58,678 nucleotides of DNA from Christensenella sp. UBA6406 (GTDB lineage Bacteria > Bacillota > Clostridia > Christensenellales > UBA1242), in assembly GCA_002438625.1 (NCBI GenBank), contig DJPS01000016.1, positions 1 through 58,678 of the forward strand. The letters are read 5' to 3'. A program made the translations under genes and the position numbers. The notes under the pieces are model-generated. The model was not told the origin of the DNA and made no database searches. It saw nothing but the letters and a program-made list of their open reading frames with translations. This document shows positions 10,401 to 19,700 of this stretch, in pieces (the stretch's first letter is position 1; each line of letters starts with the position of its first letter).

Positions 10401-13400
10401 TCTATTTTTTCTCCATTAGTTTCCTTATAAGCCGTGATTTTAACAGTATAAGATTTTTTAGTTGTTTCACTAGCAACAAGCATAGACACATAATATTCAC
10501 CATTAACGCCACGCACAAGTTGCCCGTTTCTATAATACGCATTCACTAATGTGATACCGTTGACAAGATAGTTTCTATCTGCAAGGCGTTCATATGGATA
10601 AGAATTTATTGATTTTGAATCATTTTTAACTAATTGCTCGAAAGACATTTCACTATTTGTAACTTCAATATAATCAAAATCTGCATAAATAGGGAAAACA
10701 TTGATTGACAACAACGCATTATAACCAGGAATTATGCTACTGCTAGGTTCTTCGGTTGGATTATAACCATTGTCCCCCATTACATCCCTTTCAGCGTATG
10801 TGTAAACCTTTGTTTCAGTCCTTTGAATGTTTTCTGGCATAAATGTCAAATAATATGTTAATTTAACTGATGGCTCAGTTTTTGCTGATAAAATGATTGT
10901 AAATCTTGTTTCTTCTTTAATAAATTTACTTTCATCGTTTAACTTTAATGTTAAGTTATAGTCTTTCGTTTGATTTTGTTCATCCATAGCACTTAAATTT
11001 GAAACTAAATCAAATTTAGCACTTGATAAATGACCGCCAGTATAACTTGAAACAAGCCTATTTTGAGCATCTAATATTGTAACTAAAACATCATCATTAG
11101 GGTCATCAGTGTGAAGCCTTGCCTTTATATCAATTTCCGTGCCCGCTGAAATTGTTGTGTTTTCTTCGCTAAGGAATTCAAAGTCAGTTGCTCCCAAAAT
11201 TACGCCAATGTTAAATTGCTTAGTAAATCTATCATCTTCAAAATAATCACTTAAATAAACTTTTTCGCCACTTTCAATAACTATATAAGGTCTTGCTGTA
11301 ACTCTTGCAAGTTTGCCCCCCATTCCTTCAAGTGCATTTACAATGTGCGTTAAATAGTAATCAATAGTAACAGCATTTTCGCCCGCACTTTCGCTTGATT
11401 CAAATGTGAAATATTGCGTGTAATCACCTAAATCGCACTCAACTTTATATTCTACATAAAGGTCTGTTGCAATGCTTGCACTTACGCCATTAACTTTTGC
11501 AGTTACATATGGCCTAATTTGATAGTTATCGCCCTTCTTTATCCTTAAAGTTGTCAATTTTTCAGCACCTGACAAAACATTGTTGCCTTGATACATATCA
11601 AAATCTAAAACTGGATAAGTGGCATAAATATTTATAGATGCAAATACTTTTGCACTTAATTTAGAAGTTACAGTTATTCTTGCACTTCCTGTACCTACAA
11701 CATTAAAACTTCCATCACTTAAAACTTTTACAACATCTTCGTTTGCACTTGTAACTTTAAGCCTATTAACATAACCAGATGTAGGCAATACATTTGCACT
11801 AATTAAATCGCTAATCTTATAAATATTGTAACTTAATAAAGCAAGTTTATCATTTACATCGTTTGATGTGTAATAGAATAGAAGCATAGACTCGTTGCCC
11901 ACTTTATAAGCATTAATCACTATTTCAATGCTCTTAGGTGGTTGTTGAACTAGTGCAAAACCATCTATTTCCAAATAAGGCAATAAACCTGTTTTATTCC
12001 AAATTGAACCGCTAAAACTATTGAAATTGTCAGTTGGAGAACCTTTTGCATCAAATATAATTGGTGCGTTTTCACCAAACTTAGCATATGAACTTGTAAT
12101 TAAATAATCATTTCCATTTACAATAAAAGTTGCATTATTTTTATTTTGCATATAAGAGTTATCTAGGTTTACAAATCTTGCATAACCTATCATTCCACTT
12201 AGTGAACCTTGCGCAATAGCAACAAAATTTGTGTAGGCATATCTTATAACCATATCCACAGATGCAGAACCATAAGCATAACCTATAAGCCCACCAACAT
12301 TGCTAACACCAACAACATCACCAGCATATTCATTTACTGAACTTCCTGCACCTACAACTCTATCTTTATATGTTGCACTATAAACTTTGCTAATGCTTCC
12401 GCCAACTGCATAGCCTATAAGCCCACCAACATTAGTGTTTCCTTTGACATTTACGGCATCATCACCAAAACTCTTTCCATCTTCATAAGATTGGACATAA
12501 GAGTTTTCCAAATGCCCCGCATTCATTCCTATTAGTCCGCCAATATTCTTCGTTCCCCTAACAAGAGATGAAGAGAATGCATTATATATTTTTCCATCAT
12601 TACCATTTATGCCCACCAAACCACCAACATTGTTTAATCCATAAACAACATTGTCTGTAGACACATTCATAATGCTTCCATTGTTTTGCCCAACAAGTCC
12701 GCCAATTATTGCATTTTCGCTAAGCACTGCATTATTGTAATAGATTCCATTATATTCATTATTAATATTTGCTGTTACATCTATTCCCTCGTCTTCAAAC
12801 AAAGAACTAAATATAACATCATTTCCATTCTTTTCGTTGTAAATGCTTTTAATATAACCATCGTTTTGTCCAACCATTCCACCGACATAATAAGTTGAAT
12901 GATATGTATCTTCGGCTGACATTCCAGGAATTTGGAACTTAATCTTGTCCACAATAATTATATCTCCACCACTTACTGCGTTTGTTTTGCTTGTATACAA
13001 TATATCTGCACTATTTTGACCTAATAAGCCACCAACATAAGCAGTGTTTTTACCAACATAGTATTTGAACTCGCCCAAAACAACATTAACATTAATTACA
13101 CCAAACTTGCCTGCAACTTCTGCATTTTCTCTATCTGATTTATATAAATTATCACAAGAGAACTTGCCTGCAACCGCACCAACATATACCTTGTAATCTT
13201 TGTTGTTGCTAAGCACATTTATTCCACTACAATCCACTTTTAAAACTGAAACCTGCAAAGTTAAATCGCAAATTGTTCCAATTCTTGGCACTGTATCGTA
13301 AACTTTTTTACCAAATACATTTTCACTAGATGAAATTTGTGCAAATAAACCAAAATAATCTTCATCTTCATTTTCTTTTATATCATTTGAAATTATTGAT

Positions 13401-16294
13401 TTATTTATATTTAAATTTAAAATTGAACTTCTTAAACTAAATGTTTCAACCCTTTCATTTACAAGTTGTTCAAACGTAAATAAACCGCTTAAATAGCCAG
13501 TAAATGCCAATTTTTTGCTTCTTCCAATAGGTTCAAAATTGCTAACATTAGAAAAATCTATATTGTTAGTTAATATATAATAATAACTCATTGTCAAAGC
13601 ATCTGTTCCTATTGACATAAGGTCGCTAGCAGTTGAAATATGAAAAGCGGTTTCCCTTGTTAAACCATCTTGCACTGTAACAAACACTTCTACATAATTT
13701 GTTGCATCGCTTGCATTTGTAAAACTGTCTTCACTTGCTATTCTAAGTTTTGCCTTACCCGCACGAAGAGGCGTAACAACACCATTTGCATCAACTTTAA
13801 ACACAGGGCTATCCACAGATTCTCCAGTTGTTGTGCTTCTATATTGATATCTAACCTTAGTGTTTAATGCATCTGTTGGATATGCATTTGCTTCCACCTT
13901 AAATGTATTGCTTTCGTTATCTAGCCCTTTCCTGCTATCAAAATAAATGTTTCCATTTACAACATTTGTTAAGACTATTGAATTTACAAGTTTTGCACTG
14001 CTAACTTCTATCATACAACTTTCGCTATATGTTCTGCCAAACTCCTTAACTGTTGCTGTTACAATAAGCGTGTCCATATCACCTTCAAGTGGTCCAGCAG
14101 TTACAATCGTGCTAAGCCCTTTAACAGCACTTAAACTTCCACTAACAAAATCATTGCTAGTCCTATCCGTTATTGTCCATTCCACATCCTTTGCATAAGT
14201 CGCATTTTGCGGATAAACATTTGCAACAAGCCCAATTTGACTAAGTGTTGATTTATTATAAAAACCAACCGTTGAATAATCATATGCTATTGCATTTAAC
14301 TTATTTAATGTTATTGAAGAAATTGCCCTATATGCCTCTATTGTAATTGATGCAGTAAATTGAATTTCATTTCCATTTCCGCCTTGCTCATAACCCGTTA
14401 AATTTACAACTAATTGCGTAACACCTTCCCTTAATGGTCTAATTACCCAATTATCACAAGTTGCAATGCTTCCATTTGCAACAACAAACTCACTGCCAAT
14501 TATTGTCGCATTTTCATTCACTATTTTCTTTAAATCAACTTCACTATTGATTTGCAAATATATCTTCTTTAAAGTTTTTCCATCACTATAGTATTCTTTT
14601 TGCCCTATTGCACTATTCGTATACGGACTATCCACTTCTAACGCAAAATCCGTAAGCGGAACATAAGATATAATTCTAGTTTCAGTGCCTCCGCCGTTTC
14701 TGTAATAAATACGCAAAATTTCATCTGTTACATCATTTGCCTTTATAGTGTATGATGTGCTAGACTGTCTTGTTAGTGTCAACTTATCACTAACTTCACC
14801 AAGTTCAAATCCTTCCACATTTGCATTAACAGGCACCAAATTCAACTCTAAATCTGCACTTTCGCCCTTTTCAATGTAAATTACACTTGGCACATTTATA
14901 GATGAAATTCCCGTTACAACCTTAACATTTAACTTGCACTCTAAATTAAGTTCATATTCCTTAGCCTTCAAACTCTCCACATTAAATTCATATGTTGCTT
15001 GCATTGCATTATTTGCTCTAACATAAAGAGTTTCGCCACTTTTAACTTCAAAAGTGCCATTATTTACATCAATCAATTCGCCATTTTCATTTAAAAACCT
15101 AATTGTGCCCACAGCATTTAAATCTGCATATGTAACTTTCATTACACTATCTTCCAAAAGCACACTGCTTGGACTAAGTGAAAAACGAATACTTGCACCT
15201 AAAACATTATCGTTATATCTATCGTATACAGTTAAATCTATTTCATCATCAACCTTTTTACCATTTATGTTGATTGCATTTGGGATATCTATAACATTAA
15301 AACTGATTGTAAACTTAATTGCTTCCAAATAATCTTCCGCATTTTTTAAATTTACACTGAAAACTAAATCAGTCTTTCCAAGTGCAACTGCTTGCACCCT
15401 TATAATGCTTCCGCCCTTAACATCTGCTTGAATTATTTTATTGTTAAAAGAGATTAATTTTAAATCTATTAAATCACTAGAATAATCACTACACTCCAAA
15501 ATCAAGTCTTCATAAGATAAATTTTCAATAGTTTTAACCAATTCTAAACTGCTTAACTTAATTTCACCATTTTGAATTACATTTTTTCCGCTTTCACTAG
15601 ATAAAGACAATGATTCACTTTCAATAGGTTTAACAATGTTCACGACCTTAACATCATAATTATCTGGATTATTTTTACCATAAACTTTTATGCTAAACTT
15701 CCCTGCCACTGTTGCATTTGTTGCATCTATTAATCCTGTTGTTTCATTTATCGTAACCCCAGCAAACTGTTGCACCATTTCAAAACGTAAATCACTTTTT
15801 GCACTGTGAATAGGAGATAAATTTAATTCACTATCTGCTTTAATAACATATTTACCACCAAAAGGAATGTAAATTTCATTTTCACTTACAAATTTAACAC
15901 TTTCTACGCTTTGATAAACATTTACCTTAATTTCCCTATAATCACTGCTATCAATTAAATTATGTATGCTAATCTTCGCACTTCCAGGCATTAAACCTGT
16001 TACCATAAATTTAATTACCGCACTATTTTCGCTAATCTTTTTAATTGCTACAATGCTTTCATTTTGAACTGATGTCCACACACCATCATCAGCATTTGCA
16101 TCCTGTTTATTTACCGAAAAAATTACAGAGTCATCAATCACTTCCTCACTGCTTGTCGTTTGCCCAAGTATGATTTCAATTTCTTCCACACTTGCACTAA
16201 ATTTAAAGTTGCTACCACCGCCAGCACAGCCCGCAAATGCAAACACCACAAACGCAAACATTATACTTAGCATTGATAAATATTTTTTCTTCAT
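4424..16294 (-). CDS. Giant (3956 aa) surface lipoprotein with N-terminal Ig-like (Big_2-like) domains followed by multiple GLUG-motif beta-helix modules
   Basis: A single uninterrupted ORF. The signal peptide carries the lipobox FAG-C (MKKKYLSMLSIMFAFVVFAFAGC). Many (V/I)GGL(V/I)G repeats are spaced about 20-25 aa apart (for example NVGGLVGINGNDGKIYNAF, NIGGLIGMNAGHLENSY). Recurring cap motifs of the type ...PY.I....D(L/F).......Y.L..(D/N)IDF... are present. The SD AAGGAG precedes ATG 16294. Confidence 0.85.
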   Translation of the reverse strand: MKKKYLSMLSIMFAFVVFAFAGCAGGGSNFKFSASVEEIEIILGQTTSSEEVIDDSVIFSVNKQDANADDGVWTSVQNESIVAIKKISENSAVIKFMVTGLMPGSAKISIHNLIDSSDYREIKVNVYQSVESVKFVSENEIYIPFGGKYVIKADSELNLSPIHSAKSDLRFEMVQQFAGVTINETTGLIDATNATVAGKFSIKVYGKNNPDNYDVKVVNIVKPIESESLSLSSESGKNVIQNGEIKLSSLELVKTIENLSYEDLILECSDYSSDLIDLKLISFNNKIIQADVKGGSIIRVQAVALGKTDLVFSVNLKNAEDYLEAIKFTISFNVIDIPNAININGKKVDDEIDLTVYDRYNDNVLGASIRFSLSPSSVLLEDSVMKVTYADLNAVGTIRFLNENGELIDVNNGTFEVKSGETLYVRANNAMQATYEFNVESLKAKEYELNLECKLNVKVVTGISSINVPSVIYIEKGESADLELNLVPVNANVEGFELGEVSDKLTLTRQSSTSYTIKANDVTDEILRIYYRNGGGTETRIISYVPLTDFALEVDSPYTNSAIGQKEYYSDGKTLKKIYLQINSEVDLKKIVNENATIIGSEFVVANGSIATCDNWVIRPLREGVTQLVVNLTGYEQGGNGNEIQFTASITIEAYRAISSITLNKLNAIAYDYSTVGFYNKSTLSQIGLVANVYPQNATYAKDVEWTITDRTSNDFVSGSLSAVKGLSTIVTAGPLEGDMDTLIVTATVKEFGRTYSESCMIEVSSAKLVNSIVLTNVVNGNIYFDSRKGLDNESNTFKVEANAYPTDALNTKVRYQYRSTTTGESVDSPVFKVDANGVVTPLRAGKAKLRIASEDSFTNASDATNYVEVFVTVQDGLTRETAFHISTASDLMSIGTDALTMSYYYILTNNIDFSNVSNFEPIGRSKKLAFTGYLSGLFTFEQLVNERVETFSLRSSILNLNINKSIISNDIKENEDEDYFGLFAQISSSENVFGKKVYDTVPRIGTICDLTLQVSVLKVDCSGINVLSNNKDYKVYVGAVAGKFSCDNLYKSDRENAEVAGKFGVINVNVVLGEFKYYVGKNTAYVGGLLGQNSADILYTSKTNAVSGGDIIIVDKIKFQIPGMSAEDTYHSTYYVGGMVGQNDGYIKSIYNEKNGNDVIFSSLFEDEGIDVTANINNEYNGIYYNNAVLSENAIIGGLVGQNNGSIMNVSTDNVVYGLNNVGGLVGINGNDGKIYNAFSSSLVRGTKNIGGLIGMNAGHLENSYVQSYEDGKSFGDDAVNVKGNTNVGGLIGYAVGGSISKVYSATYKDRVVGAGSSVNEYAGDVVGVSNVGGLIGYAYGSASVDMVIRYAYTNFVAIAQGSLSGMIGYARFVNLDNSYMQNKNNATFIVNGNDYLITSSYAKFGENAPIIFDAKGSPTDNFNSFSGSIWNKTGLLPYLEIDGFALVQQPPKSIEIVINAYKVGNESMLLFYYTSNDVNDKLALLSYNIYKISDLISANVLPTSGYVNRLKVTSANEDVVKVLSDGSFNVVGTGSARITVTSKLSAKVFASINIYATYPVLDFDMYQGNNVLSGAEKLTTLRIKKGDNYQIRPYVTAKVNGVSASIATDLYVEYKVECDLGDYTQYFTFESSESAGENAVTIDYYLTHIVNALEGMGGKLARVTARPYIVIESGEKVYLSDYFEDDRFTKQFNIGVILGATDFEFLSEENTTISAGTEIDIKARLHTDDPNDDVLVTILDAQNRLVSSYTGGHLSSAKFDLVSNLSAMDEQNQTKDYNLTLKLNDESKFIKEETRFTIILSAKTEPSVKLTYYLTFMPENIQRTETKVYTYAERDVMGDNGYNPTEEPSSSIIPGYNALLSINVFPIYADFDYIEVTNSEMSFEQLVKNDSKSINSYPYERLADRNYLVNGITLVNAYYRNGQLVRGVNGEYYVSMLVASETTKKSYTVKITAYKETNGEKIEVYSYDLVLDCAYLPKVNLSLNGETSKQNNEIYMPFGTESELGVSFFEYDGDVSFDVTKDGVNYPYASVTKVKGTNAYKLNVSSLASVGDVVEIKATINKRIGKLTKTATDTLEFIVVDYVIKDIGFENVSNNVMREVFGGTYALKLSFEKSKFFYDETNDAIRAKIIADLEKLSTSDFNTWYAYKASNTGNDVAIGKYYKNAYFEVNSKSITSKDLYVTGVNYDNKDSNQKRISAKLKFSFDRVTKEWVYEKSGIENIYRDDKNLSALLTDKYIANGKVYQILDRVFTVNFYLNTDRTNAVPIYNENEFYAMEADISYILMTDLVLDNFKPISTQIKSFNGNNHTITINSYKDETELENRSGSKQIGLFTEIYEGAIFENIHLIVGNSTLEIDAEGYSQVIFGLLTAVNNGSIYNCSVSYAGEEVSSAIVQRVINGKEVISPYDYQNTIISSNLAETTTTVSGNAIPASAKGLKVRITLTTVDSDFVESTMGILVGENNGTIANSRIEENVKFHNYGVVGAITGQNSGVVSSCYSKAILYSYTSASEYSKVGGLVGSNSGRIALSFVEGKYNFANRDNVEIELNAVSRVGGFVYENAGEISNCYSNIRINSNAPTAGFVFTNSGSIKNTYSTSIVRENSVQDMPYIGLDDYNNVNNTGDIISAYFLMGKYTYQDSQPATMIETAEEFAFIDTFESFAFDTEVNGNVNENSVNGVWFIPTTKASTTSAYKGQKFIYGKPTITSANIISRGYVDLVTVTTTGGQPEYIYTSLIGANYGSVEHPYVIYSASDFNTYVLEPASSSGNDKYYIMACDIDFSEDVIMAESYKINFNGYFEGNAMQIANLRNSYLNSNDEASDLSNMGLFRTLDNAVFKNVTIKADEMFGSACQKVGTVAGTINNSKVYNISLSGEAIVHGKNMAGGLAGYSENSVIKDIHTELSVNAGYRATNTYLYESAVADKVSYAGGVVGVLVGSKVQSVSITNGVTVIGEMVGGGFGLIDKASAVSNAKVYVTDDMFIKGISMIGGLASENRGKIDKSFIQYEDDVQSVIDTGEAVGYFNTIANNDYYRVGITDSNRIDGKATAIGGLVGFNNGGNISNSYSKVNIKDEYALVAGGIVGRSLSGVISNVYASGTIYIKYSDTATYDPGTTISTYYYKYIGGIVGSLANNFIYTQKFDNVYVDDEVNTNVVKLLSATNVLEINNAVSLVSYDYTKLEEYEQTQIGGLVGLVGTINDVAPLKANDNNSLFANSFNKVVYKTATPNIEKANDIATNIVINDVAVLSNNANTQMAVPDGYSKGVNTYGNGYELLQMLSDGKKAVNQTYGTPIYEDWTRNGVKIKGMKTQIFLMHLISNFEFENGDSKTPVLRDIEVTKVDLNKLNIFKKLTSVSYECYLISSVKDLQILSTLINYGYIANGAKGITFMLAGNIDFAGANFAGLGSSMNAFRGTFDGNTYTISNVKFKNNNDIYTGFINYASGMTLKNIAFNGVEFNVSEDDDAIYVGLVGFATNSILSKVSVSKATITVANPNTIAVGAMGGYLFGTTSGASSVQSCYTSVDKININANANVSAFIGATSSQGVNITNCYANILNASIANGVSGKVYGLIAKGTTTTNIINSWTKLYSGTLNSANLLAYDSSVSMKLTKVYKSINSSSDNFNQLSFYQTSSNWSGSTNPWLVTANWNLDNLPASYPTHSWVEKVSIEEPDTNTGFDGIRTHIITKASQLVNIAIQIRNGTIPNGGDGRIFELGTNIDFNNLTTINGNPVQSLGTFEIPFKGIFDGKGYTIRNVVLSETAGKDNDISLGFFGRVDSSAIKNVTFNGLTITLNQTEQSEGKTYLGSIAGISTVSTINKVNVKNVTLRISQNENYAYVGGFVGYAEGSKIVNSIFDGAIKANFVGANKEPIRVGGIVGYVKAQNMHIENNFIRLSNATELEADANTQYGILIGAITKSVSFTQIINNYYQNFSKLIKVCGYGSLDKSNQVGSERNIEEYI

Positions 16295-16346
16295 AAGTTA
16301 TCTCCTTATTATTTCTCTTTTAGACTTTTTAATCGCTTTACTATAT

Positions 16347-16368
16347 AGCAGTCTTGAATAAGAAAGTT
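16347..16368. repeat. Left arm of a perfect 22-bp inverted repeat (AGCAGTCTTGAATAAGAAAGTT)
   Basis: Read directly from the sequence. Its exact reverse complement is at 16509..16530. Confidence 0.95.
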
Positions 16369-16508
16369 ATTTCTTAAAGTCTTTTCTTTCCATTTTTTCA
16401 TTATATTTTGACTAAAATTTAACATTTTTAGCCAAATTTACATTAATTATTTACCTTTTTAATCAAAACTTAAAAACTAATGCAAATTATAAATGATTTA
16501 ATTTTTTA

Positions 16509-16530
16509 AACTTTCTTATTCAAGACTGCT
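16509..16530. repeat. Right arm of a perfect 22-bp inverted repeat (AACTTTCTTATTCAAGACTGCT)
   Basis: Read directly from the sequence. It is the exact reverse complement of 16347..16368. Confidence 0.95.
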
Positions 16531-16742
16531 CAAATTTGAGCATATCTTGATTTGCTTTAATCTATCTTTCATAAATTAAAACTATTTTTTAAATTTCCAC
16601 ATTCAATTTAATCTATTAATTAAATGTTTATCTTTTGTTTAATGCAGATAAATTTATTTTAATTTTTGCTTGCAAATTAAAATTGTTTTATTTGCATTAT
16701 TTAAATTTATTTACATCAATTAAAATTGAAATAACAAACTAA

Positions 16743-19700
16743 TTAATTTTGTAAATAACTAGGTTCACCTTGTGCACCAGCACCGCCAGATTGCTCTTCG
16801 CCACCGACATCAACATCATACTCTCCAACAGTTCCATCATCTCCATTAACTTTATTACCATTGTAACCGCCGTTACCAGAACGCCCACTATTTTTGCCTG
16901 CATGATAACCTTCCCAAAGCAAAACTCCAAAAAACTCCGCTTTGAAATGACTTCCATCTCCGCCTTTTGTTCCTTTTCCGCCATCTCCACCAGGGGCACA
17001 TTGTAAATCTATCGTAGAACCTGATGCTTTATATGAAGATGATGAAGGATTTAAACTTGTTGCCCCATAAGAGTTACCAATAAATGCATAACCACCATTT
17101 CCGCCATTTCCTCCATCGTTACCCTTTGTAACATCGCTACATGAGTGTACACCTTTACCCCAATCACCATGCGATAAAGGGCATTGTATGTGATTTGTTC
17201 TGCCATAGCAACAACTTGTTGCATCATCTTTACCATCGCTACCATTTCCGCCACGACCTGCGGCAGTACCGTGATCGCCATCACTAACAAAGTCAAATGA
17301 GCCACTGTTTGTGTTTCCTGATAAATTACAATTTGCATTTATGCCAACAATTCCGCCAGCAATTACATTACCGCCATTTCCGCCCTTCATACCTTTTTTA
17401 GTTTCTGGGTCAAAACCTTTGGCATTATCGCCATTTCCAGCATGTCCAGTAACAACTTTACCAGAATTTGAACAAGAACTTATATTCACATTGTTTGCAT
17501 AAGCAACCAAACCACCAACTGGACTAGCATTAAAGCCATTGTTCCCATCAGTATAATCAAAATTTGTTAAAATTTTAATCGTTTCATTCTTTTGCAATGT
17601 AAATGTTTTAAATGAAACAGTCGCTTGTACATTTGATGCACTTACTTTATCTACACTATTATTCATTAAAACAGTTTCGTAAAAATTTGCATCCAAAGCA
17701 CTATCACCTGTAACTGTGCAACCATTGTTTTTAGAACTTGTTAAATTTCCATCTGACATAGCACCGCAAATTCCGCCAGCAAGACCCAAGTTTCTTGCAT
17801 AAATTGCATCTCCACTTGATGTTGCCTTAGCAATCATATCGTACGCTGTTACACTTAAATTAGAAGTTTCGCAACTTGTTATATTTGTGCTTTCTGCATA
17901 ACCAACAAGTCCACCAACAACATTTGCTGTAAGTTTTGTAGTTGTTAAGAAAGATACTTTTACTTTTGATATTGTGGACTTAGAAGCAATAGCACATAAA
18001 CCACCTGAATAAGATAAATATTTACTCATATCCGCAAACATTACATTTGTAGATGCACTGCTTGAAGAATAATATCTTTCATATTCTGTCATCATATTAC
18101 TTCCAGCACTTTCTAATTGTAAATCTAAATTAGTTATTGTAGCATTATCAATAACATATAAGAATCCCATCATAAGAGCAGAGTTATCTCCGTTACTTAC
18201 CTTTTTAGAATCTATTGCAATTCCTTTAAGTTTCTTATTGTTACCATCTAATGTGCCACTGAAACCAGCAGCAGATTTAGGGTTCCAAGCCTTCTTAGTT
18301 TCGCCCTTAACATCAAACCCATGTTGATTTATGTTGTATGCAAGTTTAATCTTAACACCCGCTTTATAGTCCGTATCCATTAATTTATAGAATGCACTGA
18401 AATTATTTACATATGTATAACCACCAGTTATAGTTGTTCTTATAAAACTGTCAAACCTAGGGAAATATGCATAGCCAAAGTTTTTAGTGCTATTTCTACA
18501 AACATTATTTGTATTTTTATTGGTTGCATATAGCAAATAATAAGAACTTCCCGTATTTATCGTATCTGATAAATATCTATCAAATGCAAGTGTTTTTAAT
18601 GAACTTGTAGAAGTTGCAATGCTATTTCTCGTAACTGCCTGTGGGTCAAAACTGCAATATACAAACTTAGTTTTACTATCGGCATATCCAACTACACCTG
18701 CATTTCTACTTGATAATGTTGTATCTAAACTTGTAACAGAGTTTACAAACTTAAATAAAGTATTTTCACTTCTACCAACAAATGTACCTGCATAATTTCC
18801 ACTATCTACAACTAATCCACCAAGAGTGAAGCAGTTAAAGATTGTACCATCTTCACTTGTAGATGCAATTATTCCGCTTGTCCCACTAGAAATAACTTCT
18901 ATATCTGCAATGACATTTAATATCATACCATTGTTTGTTGTAACCACACCACCAACACTTGAACCTTGCACCTTTCCAGTTGCATAAAGGTCGTGGACAA
19001 CACCATTGCTTGTATCTGCAACCATTGCACTAGAAATGCCACTTGATGATGTTGTTTTAACCGCAAAGTTGCCAACAACACCATACTTACCAATTTTGCT
19101 AAATAACGAATCGCTAACAGTAATTTGTTTATAATTACCCGCAAAAACACCATTAATTGATTTAGAACTTGTAACAGTAATATCTCTTGTTAATAGGTGA
19201 TAAGTTTTGCTACTACTTAAAATTCCGCTAGAACTTGAAACCCTAATAGGATTAAACACCGTTCCACTTTTAATAGTGATAAATTCTTTAATGTATTGAT
19301 ACATCATATCTGCACTTCTATCAAACTCATCTAAGAAATCAACATAATCCAATATATTATAGGAATCACTATTCGCAAATCTTATAGTGTTATCATCGCT
19401 TGTCAACAACTTGCTACTTTCAAACCTAGAACCAGTAACTTCATCTACCACAGTTATACCATTGTTTCCGCCCTTGTAGTTATTTACACCCGCAAGCACA
19501 TCAATGTTATATTTGTTCTTGTTTTCGTTTCCGTATTCAGGCTTAACAATGGTTGTTAAGATTGTCGTGTTTGAAATTGAATCTCTTGTGTCTCCCGCTA
19601 TACCACCAGCATAGATATGTTCAAACTTAGAACCTGTGCTGATATCTATATATCCAGAAGCAACGCAATTCTTTATTTCTAATGAACCAGAATCTTTGTA

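Larger units (their letters stand above)
16347..16530. promoter_or_regulatory. Candidate invertible DNA switch (inverton): 140-bp segment bracketed by 22-bp inverted repeats, 53 nt upstream of the 3956-aa gene start
   Basis: The geometry (about 20-bp IRs and a 100-200-bp core in the 5' region of a surface-protein gene) matches known site-specific inversion switches. The core carries a minus-strand TATAAT (16405..16400) facing the gene and a plus-strand TTGACT (16408..16413) facing away. No recombinase gene is present in the window. Confidence 0.5.

Noticed and set aside
16528-16541. The perfect 14-bp palindrome GCTCAAATTTGAGC overlapping the outer end of the right inverted repeat, considered as a possible terminator of the 5047-aa gene.
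   Set aside because: No U-tract follows it on the minus strand and the stem is only 7 bp with no loop. It may be part of a recombinase or regulator site, but it cannot be called independently.
16739-17502. Alternative-frame ORFs 16739..16999, 17051..17338 (minus strand) and 16770..17006, 17311..17502 (plus strand) at the 3' end of the 5047-aa gene.
   Set aside because: They coincide with the Gly-codon-rich (GC-richer) tail, where stop codons are rare in all frames. Their translations are Met/Val/Ala-rich nonsense and they have no start context.
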